DNA from: a bacterium
GTDB lineage: Bacteria; Bacteroidota; Rhodothermia; Rhodothermales; UBA10348
Assembly (NCBI GenBank): GCA_013204185.1
Contig: JABMOI010000025.1
Location: forward strand, 14,213 to 78,212
Direction of reading: 5' to 3'
Length of the DNA stretch: 64,000 nt
The notes beneath the pieces were generated by a model, which searched no databases, was not told the origin of the DNA, and was given only the letters and a program-made list of their open reading frames with translations. The translations under genes and the position numbers were made by a program. Of the stretch, positions 45,153 to 54,515 are shown one piece after another (within the stretch, counting starts at the first letter, position 1; the number at the start of each line of letters is the position of its first letter).

Positions 45153-48059
45153 CTATTGGCTCTCTTCCTTGATTCGAATGTTTCGCCACTGAACCATCTT
45201 GCCTTCTAGCGAGACATCCGGGATGCTGTGAACCTGGAGCGCAATGAACCCTTTGGCTGTCATCGTATCAATGAGATCAGCCGCGAGCACTCCATTGAGC
45301 CACGTTCTCAAGTGTAAACCATGAGCCTCAATTCGGATATGATTCCATTCGTCTTGTTTAAATGCTTTTTGAGCAGCGCTTCGGCCGCGGAGGTCGAAGA
45401 GCCACCCCCTTCTTCCTTCTTCGTAAATACCCGCCGTCCAAGCTCGCTCCGAAGGGTCGATTTCAACCTGATAGCCATGAACCCGCCCGTTGTTGTAGTC
45501 CGGCCGGCTCTCACTTCTGATCTGGATTCCTGAGTTCAGTTTTGGATCAACCTTGAACTCAAGCTCCAAAATGAAATCTCCGTACTCTTTATCAGTAGCT
45601 AGGAAGGAGTTCGGCGTTTTTAGGACCGTTTTACCGGTAACCACTCCGTTCTTAATGGAATACGTCGCCGTTCCTCCTCGTTGCGTCCACCCGTTCAAAT
45701 CGGAACCGTCAAGCAACGGGGTCCACCCCGTTTCGCTGTTTCGAAGGGTTTCTGCTGTTGAAACGGTCGGTTTCGTGTTCTTACGGACCTCATTTACGAG
45801 CTTTTCAGTTACTCCCCCCGATTGATTACCCCACGCATTTCGAACAAAAGTGAGCGCATCGGCAATTTCACGATCAGTAAAAGCCATGTCCCGAATACCC
45901 GGCATTTCATTTACCATTTCGGGCGCGGAATACGTTACGCCATTCACAGAAATAGGCCCTTTAACTCCGTCCAGAACAAGTTTTATGAGCCGGGCCTCGT
46001 CTTGAAGTACCCACTGCGATGCTAAGAGCGGCGGCGCAGTTGAGGGTAGACCTTCGCCTTTTGCGCCATGGCACGTCGCACAAAAGTTCGTAAACACGGT
46101 ACGTCCTCGCTCAAACGATTCATCAAAGGAAGCATCCAGCAACCGCACTGAATCCAAGGTTTTGACGAGCGCCATACCTGCAGCCTGAGCGAGGGCTCGG
46201 GTAAGTCGTTCGGAGCCAGCCGGGCCGCCGGCGGAAGCGTCGGCAAAAGTTTGTTCTTTGTCTTCAAGCGATCCCACAATGGCGTCCACCAACAGCGCTG
46301 ACTCGGGGAATCGAGTTGTTAAGTGGCGCTGAGCAGCAAAGGCCCGTTTGGGATGAGTGGTATAGAAATGAGGAAGCGCTACTGCTAGCCCCAGCGCGAC
46401 TTCTTCGCTGGCGTTCTCTCCCATTTTTTCTAGCAGGGACAGCATTCGGTCCCCGCCTTGAAGGCCAGCTAGTTGAGCTACCGCTCCTTTCACTTTCGGA
46501 TCGGTCGAGCGCGAAGCCAACTCCAGCGTGGTCGCGGTCAGCTTCCCGAGACCCTCAAGTGTCCAGAGCGCTTGCACGCGCGTTCTTGGATCACTCGCCC
46601 CTGTAGCCAACGCCGCCAACGCCGTTTCCGAGCGAACGGCTTTCCGCTCAATTAAGAGGCGTTGAGCCGTATCTCGCCACCAACCGTTCGGATGGCCCAG
46701 ATGCCGAACCAAGGTTTCGTTGCTGGCGCTCGAAAGGCGGGGCATGGGACCCAAAGGCGCACTGGCCCACTTAATCCGATAAATACGACCAAGACCCAGT
46801 GGGAGCGCCAGCCCGCGCATTTCAATTTGCCGCTTGAGATAGTCCGTCAAGTAGGTGGAGTGCTGGATGATGCCGCGGTACATGTCCAGTATATACAGAC
46901 TTCCATCGGGAGCTGTGTACCCATTCACTGGGCGAAATCGTTCGTCGGTGGCGGTAAGGAATTCTTGCCCCAAATGAGGCTCACTGCCGCTTACTTTGCC
47001 CTGATTATCCGTCAAAACGACTCGTTTTACCAGGTTTACACTCGTTTCTTGAACAAAGGCATTGCCTTGGTACTCGCTAGGAAATTGGTCTCCGCGGTAA
47101 ATCACAGGGCCTGAGGCGGAGGTTACATCAATCAATTTCCCCGTTGAATCGAGCGTGCCCGGCCTGTAAGCTCGGTTCACACCAGGCGTCACACGGCGGG
47201 GAAACGTTTTGTTGCTGGCTCTAGATGGCCCGTAGACTCGGCGATCCCCGATGTCATGATGTGAACTAACTTGAACAAGGTTCGGCCTCGCGTCATCTCC
47301 AAGCAGGGTCTGGCTGTTGTTGTTATAAAAAAGCCGCCCCCAATCGTCCTGGGTTATGCCCCACTGACCTCGGAACTCGGTAGCTTCTTTGAGCCATTTC
47401 CCGTTTTGGAATCGATACCGCTGATCGGACTTGGCGCTATAAATCCAGTTGTCCAAGGCAACGAGCAAGCCGTTTGGCTGGTGCTCTGGGTTGCCACCTA
47501 CGGCATACATGGAATCAACGAGCGTCATGCGGCCCGCCTGATATCCAGACCGCTCAACAAAGTAGAGATTCGGTGGGACGGCTAGGAGAACGCCTCTATT
47601 ATAGAGTGCGATGGCCCTGGGTAGGTACAGACCGTCCAAGAAAACCGAGGATGTTTCGTAAGCGCCATCTCCGTCTTCGTCTCGAACGACCACAATCCGT
47701 CCCTGTGGCTCTCCGGTTTGATCGCCTTCGGGGGTCACCATGTAATCGCGCATTTCCACGACCCACATGGCTCCGTCCTCATCAAAGGCTAGGGCGACCG
47801 GATCCACAATGTCCGGCTCAGAGGCGACCAATTGGACTTCAAATCCGGTTTCGACCTCGAAATCCAACAGGGCTTCGCCGGCCGTTCGGACAGGGGCTGC
47901 AGGAATGGAATCGGGGTGGACCATGTCCACGTCCATTGGGGCATCGCCCGTGGCCGAACCATCGTTGCTCGAACTATCAGGTTCGGGCGAACCACAACTA
48001 GCCAGTCCGAAAAGTGAAAACCAGAGAACGAGGACAACAAGAGAGCGGGACGCCTTCAT
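45153..48059 (-). CDS. PVC-type membrane-bound dehydrogenase-like lipoprotein: beta-propeller, HEAT repeats, c-type haem domain, C-terminal DUF1080 (3-keto-disaccharide hydrolase-like)
   Basis: Lipobox FGLASC, haem motif CATCHG, and a HEAT-like helical repeat region. The C-terminal jelly-roll has GWTQRGG ... DFILELEFKV ... NSGIQIRS ... GYQVEID, typical of DUF1080. Confidence 0.8.
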   Translation of the reverse strand: MKASRSLVVLVLWFSLFGLASCGSPEPDSSSNDGSATGDAPMDVDMVHPDSIPAAPVRTAGEALLDFEVETGFEVQLVASEPDIVDPVALAFDEDGAMWVVEMRDYMVTPEGDQTGEPQGRIVVVRDEDGDGAYETSSVFLDGLYLPRAIALYNRGVLLAVPPNLYFVERSGYQAGRMTLVDSMYAVGGNPEHQPNGLLVALDNWIYSAKSDQRYRFQNGKWLKEATEFRGQWGITQDDWGRLFYNNNSQTLLGDDARPNLVQVSSHHDIGDRRVYGPSRASNKTFPRRVTPGVNRAYRPGTLDSTGKLIDVTSASGPVIYRGDQFPSEYQGNAFVQETSVNLVKRVVLTDNQGKVSGSEPHLGQEFLTATDERFRPVNGYTAPDGSLYILDMYRGIIQHSTYLTDYLKRQIEMRGLALPLGLGRIYRIKWASAPLGPMPRLSSASNETLVRHLGHPNGWWRDTAQRLLIERKAVRSETALAALATGASDPRTRVQALWTLEGLGKLTATTLELASRSTDPKVKGAVAQLAGLQGGDRMLSLLEKMGENASEEVALGLAVALPHFYTTHPKRAFAAQRHLTTRFPESALLVDAIVGSLEDKEQTFADASAGGPAGSERLTRALAQAAGMALVKTLDSVRLLDASFDESFERGRTVFTNFCATCHGAKGEGLPSTAPPLLASQWVLQDEARLIKLVLDGVKGPISVNGVTYSAPEMVNEMPGIRDMAFTDREIADALTFVRNAWGNQSGGVTEKLVNEVRKNTKPTVSTAETLRNSETGWTPLLDGSDLNGWTQRGGTATYSIKNGVVTGKTVLKTPNSFLATDKEYGDFILELEFKVDPKLNSGIQIRSESRPDYNNGRVHGYQVEIDPSERAWTAGIYEEGRRGWLFDLRGRSAAQKAFKQDEWNHIRIEAHGLHLRTWLNGVLAADLIDTMTAKGFIALQVHSIPDVSLEGKMVQWRNIRIKEESQ

Positions 48060-48139
48060 GGGAATACGGGAGATGGGTTAAGGAAACCAATCTACGATAT
48101 TCAGAGGAATGCACTCTACCCCACGAGAGCCAAGACCGA

Positions 48140-48580
48140 CTACTTGTCTACCCGGATCAAATACAAGCTTTCTTTGCGTTCGAGCTTTCCCCGTTTGTAT
48201 TCAAACGGAATCAGGCGATCTCCATCCCGCATAAACACGGTATCGTCGGCTTCAAACGAATCCGTGTCGCCCAAGGATAACTGACCTTCATCGTTAATGG
48301 CCCAGTTCGAATATTCGTCGTCGTCTTCCTCATTGAACGCGTTGACACGCACTCTAAGGGCCCGATCTTTCCGGAAATCAAATTGAATGTCGATTTCGTC
48401 CATAAAACCAGTTACGGCCTTCAGGGCAATCCTCTCAAAAGCATTGTCTGCTTCTTTCTCAAGGTCAAATACGAGCTGCCATGTGGTCCCTTCTAGATCC
48501 TTTGGATGGACCCGCTGTTGTGCCACGGCGGTAGAGGTTACGACAGCAGTAAGTAGTAGGAGAGCTAGAAAATATTTCAT
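48140..48580 (-). CDS. Small exported protein, unknown function
   Basis: Signal peptide MKYFLALLLLTAVVTSTAVA/Q. The mature part is beta-rich and acidic, with no recognised motif. Confidence 0.5.
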   Translation of the reverse strand: MKYFLALLLLTAVVTSTAVAQQRVHPKDLEGTTWQLVFDLEKEADNAFERIALKAVTGFMDEIDIQFDFRKDRALRVRVNAFNEEDDDEYSNWAINDEGQLSLGDTDSFEADDTVFMRDGDRLIPFEYKRGKLERKESLYLIRVDK

Positions 48581-48784
48581 CGATTGAACCGAGGGGTTGA
48601 CCCGAAAATTGTATGCACTTTTGCACGTGTTCTGAAACAGTGTAGCGTATCAATTGAAAATTGGTTACAGTTTCTCTTCAATCCGCCTGCAGATTGCTAG
48701 ATTGTTACTGATTATTATCAGGGAAGGTGCCCTTAGCGCATCACCCTATTCATCAGAACAAGCTGTACTTAGTCGGGTGTCCCT

Positions 48785-49939
48785 ATGAAACGCTTTCAAA
48801 CCGGCGCGATTCTCATTATTAGCCTTCTTTTTGCAGGCTGCCAATCCTCTCCCCAAACGCAAGAACCCATGGAGCACGGAATCTACGTTTCTGATTTTGG
48901 CACGATGCCAGACGGTAAAGCGGTGTCCTTGTACACCATTCAAAGCCCATCTGGGATGAAGATGACGGTCACCAATTATGGCGCGACAATCGTCTCACTG
49001 ACGGCTCCTGACCGCGATGGCGTGCAGGAGGATGTCGTATTAGGATTCGATACCCTTGATGAGTACATCGCAGGAAGTCCCTATTTTGGCGCAATCGTAG
49101 GCCGGTATGGCAACCGAATTGCTGGAGGATCCTTTGAACTGAATGGAGAAACGTACTCGCTCGCCAAAAATGACGGCGAGAACCATTTACACGGTGGTAT
49201 CAAAGGGTTTGACAAAGTGTACTGGGAGGCTTCTCCTTTTTCGATGGGCTCTGAGCACGGTTTAATTTTGACCTATACGAGCCCAGATGGGGACGAAGGC
49301 TACCCTGGATCGCTTCAAGCTAAGGTGACCTACATGGTTACCGCCGACAATCGGGTGATGGTCAGTTATCAGGCTGTTACCGATAAGGAAACCCCGGTAA
49401 ACCTGACACAGCACTCCTATTTCAATTTGGCAGGGCCGGATTCAGACACCATTTTGGACCATGAACTCACCATTCCTGCGGATCACTTTACTCCCATCGA
49501 TTCCGGCTTTATACCAACGGGTGAGATTCTTTCAGTGGAAGGAACCCCGTTTGACTTCAGGACACCGACCGCGATTGGCGCTCGCATTGACTCGCCAGAC
49601 GAGCAACTAAAAAACGGCCTCGGATACGATCACAACTTCGTGCTTTCAGATATGAGCGATGGGTTAAAGTTGGCGGCCAAAGTATATGACCGGTCGAGTG
49701 GACGGATTTTGGAAATCACGACGAACGAACCCGGAGTTCAGTTTTATTCCGGCAACTTTTTGGATGGTACGCTCACGGGAAAAGGAGGCCACGTGGCTGG
49801 GTATCGGTCGGGCTTCTGCCTAGAGACGCAGCATTTCCCTGACTCGCCGAATCAGCCAACCTTTCCGAGCACCATTCTCGAGCCCGGTGGCTTGTACGCA
49901 ACGCAGACCGTGTTTGCGTTTTCTACCGACGCGCAGTAG
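48785..49939 (+). CDS. galM: Aldose 1-epimerase (mutarotase), lipoprotein form
   Basis: Lipobox LLFAGC. Family motifs GRYGNRIAGG, NHLHGG, YTSPDGDEGYPG, LTQHSYFNL and GYDHNFVL, plus the catalytic-region FCLETQHFPDSPN. Confidence 0.85.
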   Translation: MKRFQTGAILIISLLFAGCQSSPQTQEPMEHGIYVSDFGTMPDGKAVSLYTIQSPSGMKMTVTNYGATIVSLTAPDRDGVQEDVVLGFDTLDEYIAGSPYFGAIVGRYGNRIAGGSFELNGETYSLAKNDGENHLHGGIKGFDKVYWEASPFSMGSEHGLILTYTSPDGDEGYPGSLQAKVTYMVTADNRVMVSYQAVTDKETPVNLTQHSYFNLAGPDSDTILDHELTIPADHFTPIDSGFIPTGEILSVEGTPFDFRTPTAIGARIDSPDEQLKNGLGYDHNFVLSDMSDGLKLAAKVYDRSSGRILEITTNEPGVQFYSGNFLDGTLTGKGGHVAGYRSGFCLETQHFPDSPNQPTFPSTILEPGGLYATQTVFAFSTDAQ

Positions 49940-50062
49940 GAGCAGCAGCCAGTTTTGTGGCCCGATGGTCTCTTGGCCATCTTGCGACGATGTTTGGTCG
50001 TTTGGATTACTTTGGTTTTATTTGCCCACCCAATCAATCAATTTTTTCCAACCTCTTCTGCT

Positions 50063-50578
50063 ATGAATTACCTAAAGTACGTGTTTCTTGGAGTCACGCT
50101 TTGTGCCCTAACAGCTTGCTCCAGCACGCAACCGGCCGGATCATTCCAGAAGGTGAATGAACTTGGCAAGTCCAAAACCGCTACAGTTCGGTTGAAGTCA
50201 GGTGAGAAGTTTAAAGCCGATTTACTTCGGGTAATGCCAGACTCGGCGTATTTTGTTCATCCGGTCACTTTATTTCCAACCGCCGTACCAACCTCCGAAA
50301 TCGATGACGTTACGTTTATCAAGCGAAGAAAGGGTGCGTTCAGAGGCGTTGTAGGCGTGTTAGCTGCTTCTGCTGCTTCCATTATGCTGGGTGCCATCTT
50401 ACCGTGTAATTCTGGTTCTAATGCAGGAGGCTTCGGTATTCCTGACTGCTTCGCCGCTGCAATGGTGATCGTTCCCATTTTCACTGCTCCTTTTACGCTC
50501 CCTGGCGGCTTAGCAGTCGGCGCGATCGTTGGTTTCAAGGACAGGTATCAGGCTGAACAGCCTTTGGATGAGAAATAA
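50063..50578 (+). CDS. Lipoprotein with a C-terminal hydrophobic Gly/Ala-rich region, unknown function
   Basis: The internal ATG at 50063 gives MNYLKYVFLGVTLCALTAC/S (lipobox). Its stop overlaps the next start (TAATG). Confidence 0.5.
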   Translation: MNYLKYVFLGVTLCALTACSSTQPAGSFQKVNELGKSKTATVRLKSGEKFKADLLRVMPDSAYFVHPVTLFPTAVPTSEIDDVTFIKRRKGAFRGVVGVLAASAASIMLGAILPCNSGSNAGGFGIPDCFAAAMVIVPIFTAPFTLPGGLAVGAIVGFKDRYQAEQPLDEK

Positions 50579-52110
50579 TGTCTGGACAAAAAGCCGCTTT
50601 TTTCAAAAAGGGAGGAGGTAGCGTTCATAAACCTCGACTCTCATTCTGGCAAATTTGGAACATCAGTTTCGGATTTTTAGGTATTCAGTTTGGTTGGGGG
50701 CTGCAGCTGGCCAATTTAAGCCGGATTTTTCAGACGCTGGGTGCTGAAGTCGATGGCATTGCTATTCTTTGGATTGCGGCTCCGGTCACCGGCTTGATTG
50801 TTCAGCCCATTATTGGCCACATGAGCGACCGAACGTGGGGCCGCTTGGGGCGCCGCCGGCCGTATTTTTTGTGGGGCGCCCTGCTTGCGTCTTTTTCTCT
50901 TCTCTTGATGCCCAATTCCTCCGCTTTGTGGATGGCGGCAGGGCTACTTTGGATCCTCGATGCTTCCATTAACGTGTCCATGGAGCCGTTTCGGGCCTTC
51001 GTAGGCGACATGTTACCCAGTGAACAGCGTACGCAAGGGTTTGCCATGCAAAGCTTTTTCATTGGGTTTGGGTCGGTCGTTGCCTCCCTGTTTCCGTGGA
51101 TGCTAACCAACTGGATGGGAATCGCTAACACGGCGCCGGAAGGCGAGATTCCTCCGTCGGTGGTCTATTCGTTTTACGTAGGTGGACTGGTCTTTCTTTC
51201 GGCCGTGGCATGGACCGTGTTTCGGGTTAAGGAATACTCGCCTGAAGAAATGGCGTCCTTTACGGATGAGTCACAAGAAGCCCAACAGGCGGAAACAAGT
51301 CTATATCCAGCCGAAAGCTACCGAAAAGCGGCGCTTCGCTGGCTTGGGGCAGGCGTCGTCCTAACCTCAATGGCTGCAATTCCCGGCTTGTTTGAGAAGG
51401 AAATGGGCATCCTTGGCGTGGGCCTGATTGCCTTTGCCTTTCTATTGTATTTCGCTGCAGACCGTACGCAGGCTGGCAAAAAGTCTGGACTGGTTGAGGT
51501 CTGTAGCGACCTCATGCAAATGCCACCCACCATGAAAAAGCTGGCCTGGGTTCAATTTTTCTCTTGGTTTGGCCTGTTTTCTATGTTCATTTACATGACT
51601 CCAGCCATTACGAGCCATGTGTACGGCACATCGGACACAACGTCACAGCTGTATAATGATGGGGCGGATTGGGTTGGCGTTTTGTTTGGAGCTTATAACG
51701 GGGTGGCGGCCCTCTTTGCCTTTGCGCTTCCCATGCTTGCGCGCCGTTTGGGCCCAGCGCGAACGCACATCATTGGGCTTGTCGCAGGAGGCCTGGGTTT
51801 GATGAGTATCTATTTGGTGAGTAGCCCCATGCTGTTACTTCTGTCCATGACGGGTATTGGCGTGGCGTGGGCCAGCATCCTAGCCATGCCGTACGTCGTG
51901 CTAACGGACGCCCTGCCTGCGGGCAAGTTTGGTATCTACATGGGTATCTTCAACTTTTTTATTGTGCTTCCTCAGATCATGGCCTCCACGATCTACGGTG
52001 GGCTGCTCCACGGCATTTTCGGCGGCGAGCCCATTTTTGTGTTGGTGACCGGCGGTGTTTCTTTTCTGATTGCGGCCGCACTGATGACCAGGCTCAATAA
52101 AACGGCCTAA
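50578..52110 (+). CDS. MFS sugar transporter (GPH/SLC45-like cation symporter)
   Basis: Twelve predicted TM helices, with the loop motif SDRTWGRLGRRRPYFLWGA characteristic of the glycoside-pentoside-hexuronide/SLC45 group. Confidence 0.8.
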   Translation: MSGQKAAFFKKGGGSVHKPRLSFWQIWNISFGFLGIQFGWGLQLANLSRIFQTLGAEVDGIAILWIAAPVTGLIVQPIIGHMSDRTWGRLGRRRPYFLWGALLASFSLLLMPNSSALWMAAGLLWILDASINVSMEPFRAFVGDMLPSEQRTQGFAMQSFFIGFGSVVASLFPWMLTNWMGIANTAPEGEIPPSVVYSFYVGGLVFLSAVAWTVFRVKEYSPEEMASFTDESQEAQQAETSLYPAESYRKAALRWLGAGVVLTSMAAIPGLFEKEMGILGVGLIAFAFLLYFAADRTQAGKKSGLVEVCSDLMQMPPTMKKLAWVQFFSWFGLFSMFIYMTPAITSHVYGTSDTTSQLYNDGADWVGVLFGAYNGVAALFAFALPMLARRLGPARTHIIGLVAGGLGLMSIYLVSSPMLLLLSMTGIGVAWASILAMPYVVLTDALPAGKFGIYMGIFNFFIVLPQIMASTIYGGLLHGIFGGEPIFVLVTGGVSFLIAAALMTRLNKTA

Positions 52111-52159
52111 CGATAGGATGTACTGATCGTAAAGTTCAGTAATAAAACAATTACTACAT

Positions 52160-53608
52160 ATGAAGCTCTCACCTCATACCAATTCGGGCCGCGAAATAAC
52201 TCTTGGAGTGATCGTAGGCAACCGTGGCTTTTTCCCAAAACATCTCTGCGTTGCGGGTCGTGACGGGGTCCTGAAAACGTTGCATGAACTGGGAATAAAA
52301 ACCGTGATCGTTCCCGAGGAGAGTACCTCTCATGGAGCTATCGAGAGCTTGGATGAATCACGCCTTTGCGCTGATTTGTTCAAAGCTCATCGAGATGAGA
52401 TCGATGGAATCTTAATTACACTTCCCAACTTCGGAGACGAGCGGGCTATTGCTAACACCATCAGGTTTTCTGGACTTGATGTACCAGTTTTGGTCCACGC
52501 ATTCAAAGACGCCATTTCGGAAATGTCTATCGCCTATCGGCGAGATAGCTTCTGTGGAAAAATGTCCGCATGCAACAATCTTAGGCAGTATGGCATTCCG
52601 TTTTCGCTTACTTCGGAGCACACGATGGATCCCACAAGTCCGGAGTTTAAACAGGACGTGGCTAATTTCGCTTCAGTGTGTCGGGTAGTCCGATCCATTC
52701 GAGGAGCCCGATTTGGACAGATTGGTGCTCGTCCTGCGGCTTTTAATACGGTACGTTATAGCGAAAAACTGCTGGAACGGTCCGGGATTAGCGTAGAAAC
52801 GTTGGATTTGTCGGAGCTCTTGGGTTGGATCAAGCCCATGACGGAATCCGATGCCAATGTGAAGGCCAAATTAGAAGAAATACGAGCATACACCGACACG
52901 ACTCGGGTTCCTGAAGACAGGCTACTCATGCAGGCCAAGCTTGCGGTTGCCATCGACCGATTTGTGACCGATCAGCAACTCGATGCCACCGCCATTCAAT
53001 GCTGGACAGCGCTTCAAGAATTTTATGGTGTGGTTCCTTGTACATGCATGAGTATGATGAGCAATGATCTCATGGCGAGCGCGTGTGAAGCAGATATTGC
53101 TGGCGTTCTGAGCATGTTCGCGTTGCAACAAGCTGCGCTAAAACCTGCCGCCCTACTGGACTGGAATAACAACTACGGCGACGATCCTAACAAAGGCGTG
53201 GTTTTCCATTGTTCAAACTTGCCCAAAGCATTTTTCGCTGACCATCAAATGGATTATCAGGAGATTATTGCCGGCTCTGTTGGTAAGGAAAATACGTATG
53301 GCACGATGGTCGGGCGTGTTGCAGCAGGTCCGTTCTCCTATGCGCGAGTAACGACGGATGACCTTAGTGGCCGAATTCGGGCTTACGTTGGCGAGGCACA
53401 GTTCACCGAGGACACGCTAAAAACGTTTGGCGGATATGGTGTTTTCCACGTCGACAATCTTCAGACACTACTTCGATACATCTGCAACGAAGGATTTGAA
53501 CATCACGTGGCCGCCACGAGAGCAAATGTGGCCAGTGTCCTGAAAGAGGCGTTTGAGAAGTATCTGGGCTGGGAAGTCTACCATCATGCTTCGGCAGACT
53601 CCCGTTGA
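52160..53608 (+). CDS. L-fucose/L-arabinose isomerase family protein
   Basis: Length is about 480 aa. The N-terminal Rossmann-like swivel region (GVIVGNRGFFPKHL), the conserved Cys/Glu/Asp-rich central part (CTCMSMMSNDLMASACEADIAG) and the C-terminal barrel resemble the COG2407 family. The fucosidase, mutarotase and transporter context agrees. Confidence 0.7.
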   Translation: MKLSPHTNSGREITLGVIVGNRGFFPKHLCVAGRDGVLKTLHELGIKTVIVPEESTSHGAIESLDESRLCADLFKAHRDEIDGILITLPNFGDERAIANTIRFSGLDVPVLVHAFKDAISEMSIAYRRDSFCGKMSACNNLRQYGIPFSLTSEHTMDPTSPEFKQDVANFASVCRVVRSIRGARFGQIGARPAAFNTVRYSEKLLERSGISVETLDLSELLGWIKPMTESDANVKAKLEEIRAYTDTTRVPEDRLLMQAKLAVAIDRFVTDQQLDATAIQCWTALQEFYGVVPCTCMSMMSNDLMASACEADIAGVLSMFALQQAALKPAALLDWNNNYGDDPNKGVVFHCSNLPKAFFADHQMDYQEIIAGSVGKENTYGTMVGRVAAGPFSYARVTTDDLSGRIRAYVGEAQFTEDTLKTFGGYGVFHVDNLQTLLRYICNEGFEHHVAATRANVASVLKEAFEKYLGWEVYHHASADSR

Positions 53609-53652
53609 CCGAGGAGGCGAGTCAACGTTCAAAGCGCTGGATGCAGCAGAGT

Positions 53653-53832
53653 TTAGACTTCGTCGTCTGTGAACATACTTCCTACGAATGCAGAAACGAG
53701 TGCAATTGCCACAGCAACGACTAAAATTAGGGGTACGCTTGGCTCTGCAACTATAGTTGCCATGAGGGGCATAGCAGGAATAGTAATCATTGGGAGGGCC
53801 CAGCCGAATAGGGCTTTGGTATTGTAGTTCAC
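53653..53832 (-). CDS. Possible 59-aa two-TM membrane peptide (below the ORF-track cut-off)
   Basis: My own translation from the GTG start: MNYNTKALFGWALPMITIPAMPLMATIVAEPSVPLILVVAVAIALVSAFVGSMFTDDEV. It has two hydrophobic segments and an acidic tail. There is no supporting homology. Confidence 0.25.
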   Translation of the reverse strand: MNYNTKALFGWALPMITIPAMPLMATIVAEPSVPLILVVAVAIALVSAFVGSMFTDDEV

Positions 53833-54050
53833 AGTGGTTGGCGTGTGTGACGTGAGAGGCTTAGATGATAAAAGCTGGGGGAAAATAGGAACGCCAAGCC
53901 GAGAAACACACTACTCCTGTGTTGAAGTTTTGCGTATTCGATTGCGATTTGATTCCGATGCGCGATTCGCCTTCAGCCTCCATCGACCGGAAGGCCAGCC
54001 GCATATCCACTGCTCACTATTTTTTCTTCGCCTGTTGACTTCTGTCTGTT

Positions 54051-54093
54051 ATGATGTTACTATTATGATGTTACTATTATGATAGTACTATCA
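54051..54093. promoter_or_regulatory. BlaI/MecI-type operator: three tandem 14-bp units, the last forming a perfect 14-bp palindrome
   Basis: ATGATGTTACTATT (54051-54064), ATGATGTTACTATT (54065-54078) and ATGATAGTACTATC (54079-54092). TGATAGTACTATCA (54080-54093) is a perfect palindrome lying 27 nt before the repressor ATG. Confidence 0.65.
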
Positions 54094-54119
54094 CAGTAGT
54101 AGACAAAAACAGGCTGAAA

Positions 54120-54515
54120 ATGGCAAAGAAGAGCTATAAAAGACTCGGCGAACGAGAATTGGAAGTGTTGAGCACCGTTTGGGAGCTCGGCGAAGCGAGC
54201 GTTTCTGACGTTCGGACCGTTCTTCTAACTCGTGGCCCTATCGCGTATACCACCGTCATGACCACCATGCGGAAACTAGCGGACAAAGGGTACCTCGCAT
54301 TTTCCGAAGACGAGAAGCAGTATGTGTATCGTCCCCTGAAAAGTCGGACCGAAGTCCGAATGGGGCTGCTTTCAGACCTCATTTCGTCGGCGTTTAAAGG
54401 CTCCTCCCTTTCTCTGGTTCAAACCCTCGTGAGCGAGGCAGACATCTCAGAGGATGAGTTGCGAGAAATCAAAAAGGTGATTGACCAGCTAGACGAGTCG
54501 GAGGCGCAATCATGA
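54120..54515 (+). CDS. BlaI/MecI/CopY family transcriptional repressor
   Basis: Winged-helix N-terminus LGERELEVLSTVWELGEASVSDVR ... YTTVMTTMRKLADKGYL, 131 aa. The stop overlaps the start of the M56 sensor gene (ATGA). Confidence 0.85.
   Translation: MAKKSYKRLGERELEVLSTVWELGEASVSDVRTVLLTRGPIAYTTVMTTMRKLADKGYLAFSEDEKQYVYRPLKSRTEVRMGLLSDLISSAFKGSSLSLVQTLVSEADISEDELREIKKVIDQLDESEAQS

Noticed and set aside
47474-48001. 175-aa plus-strand ORF (and several others at 45.3-48.1 kb) inside the 968-aa haem/DUF1080 gene
   Set aside because: It is antisense to a long ORF with a lipobox, CxxCH and DUF1080 motifs. The products are Arg/Pro-rich and lack any signature.
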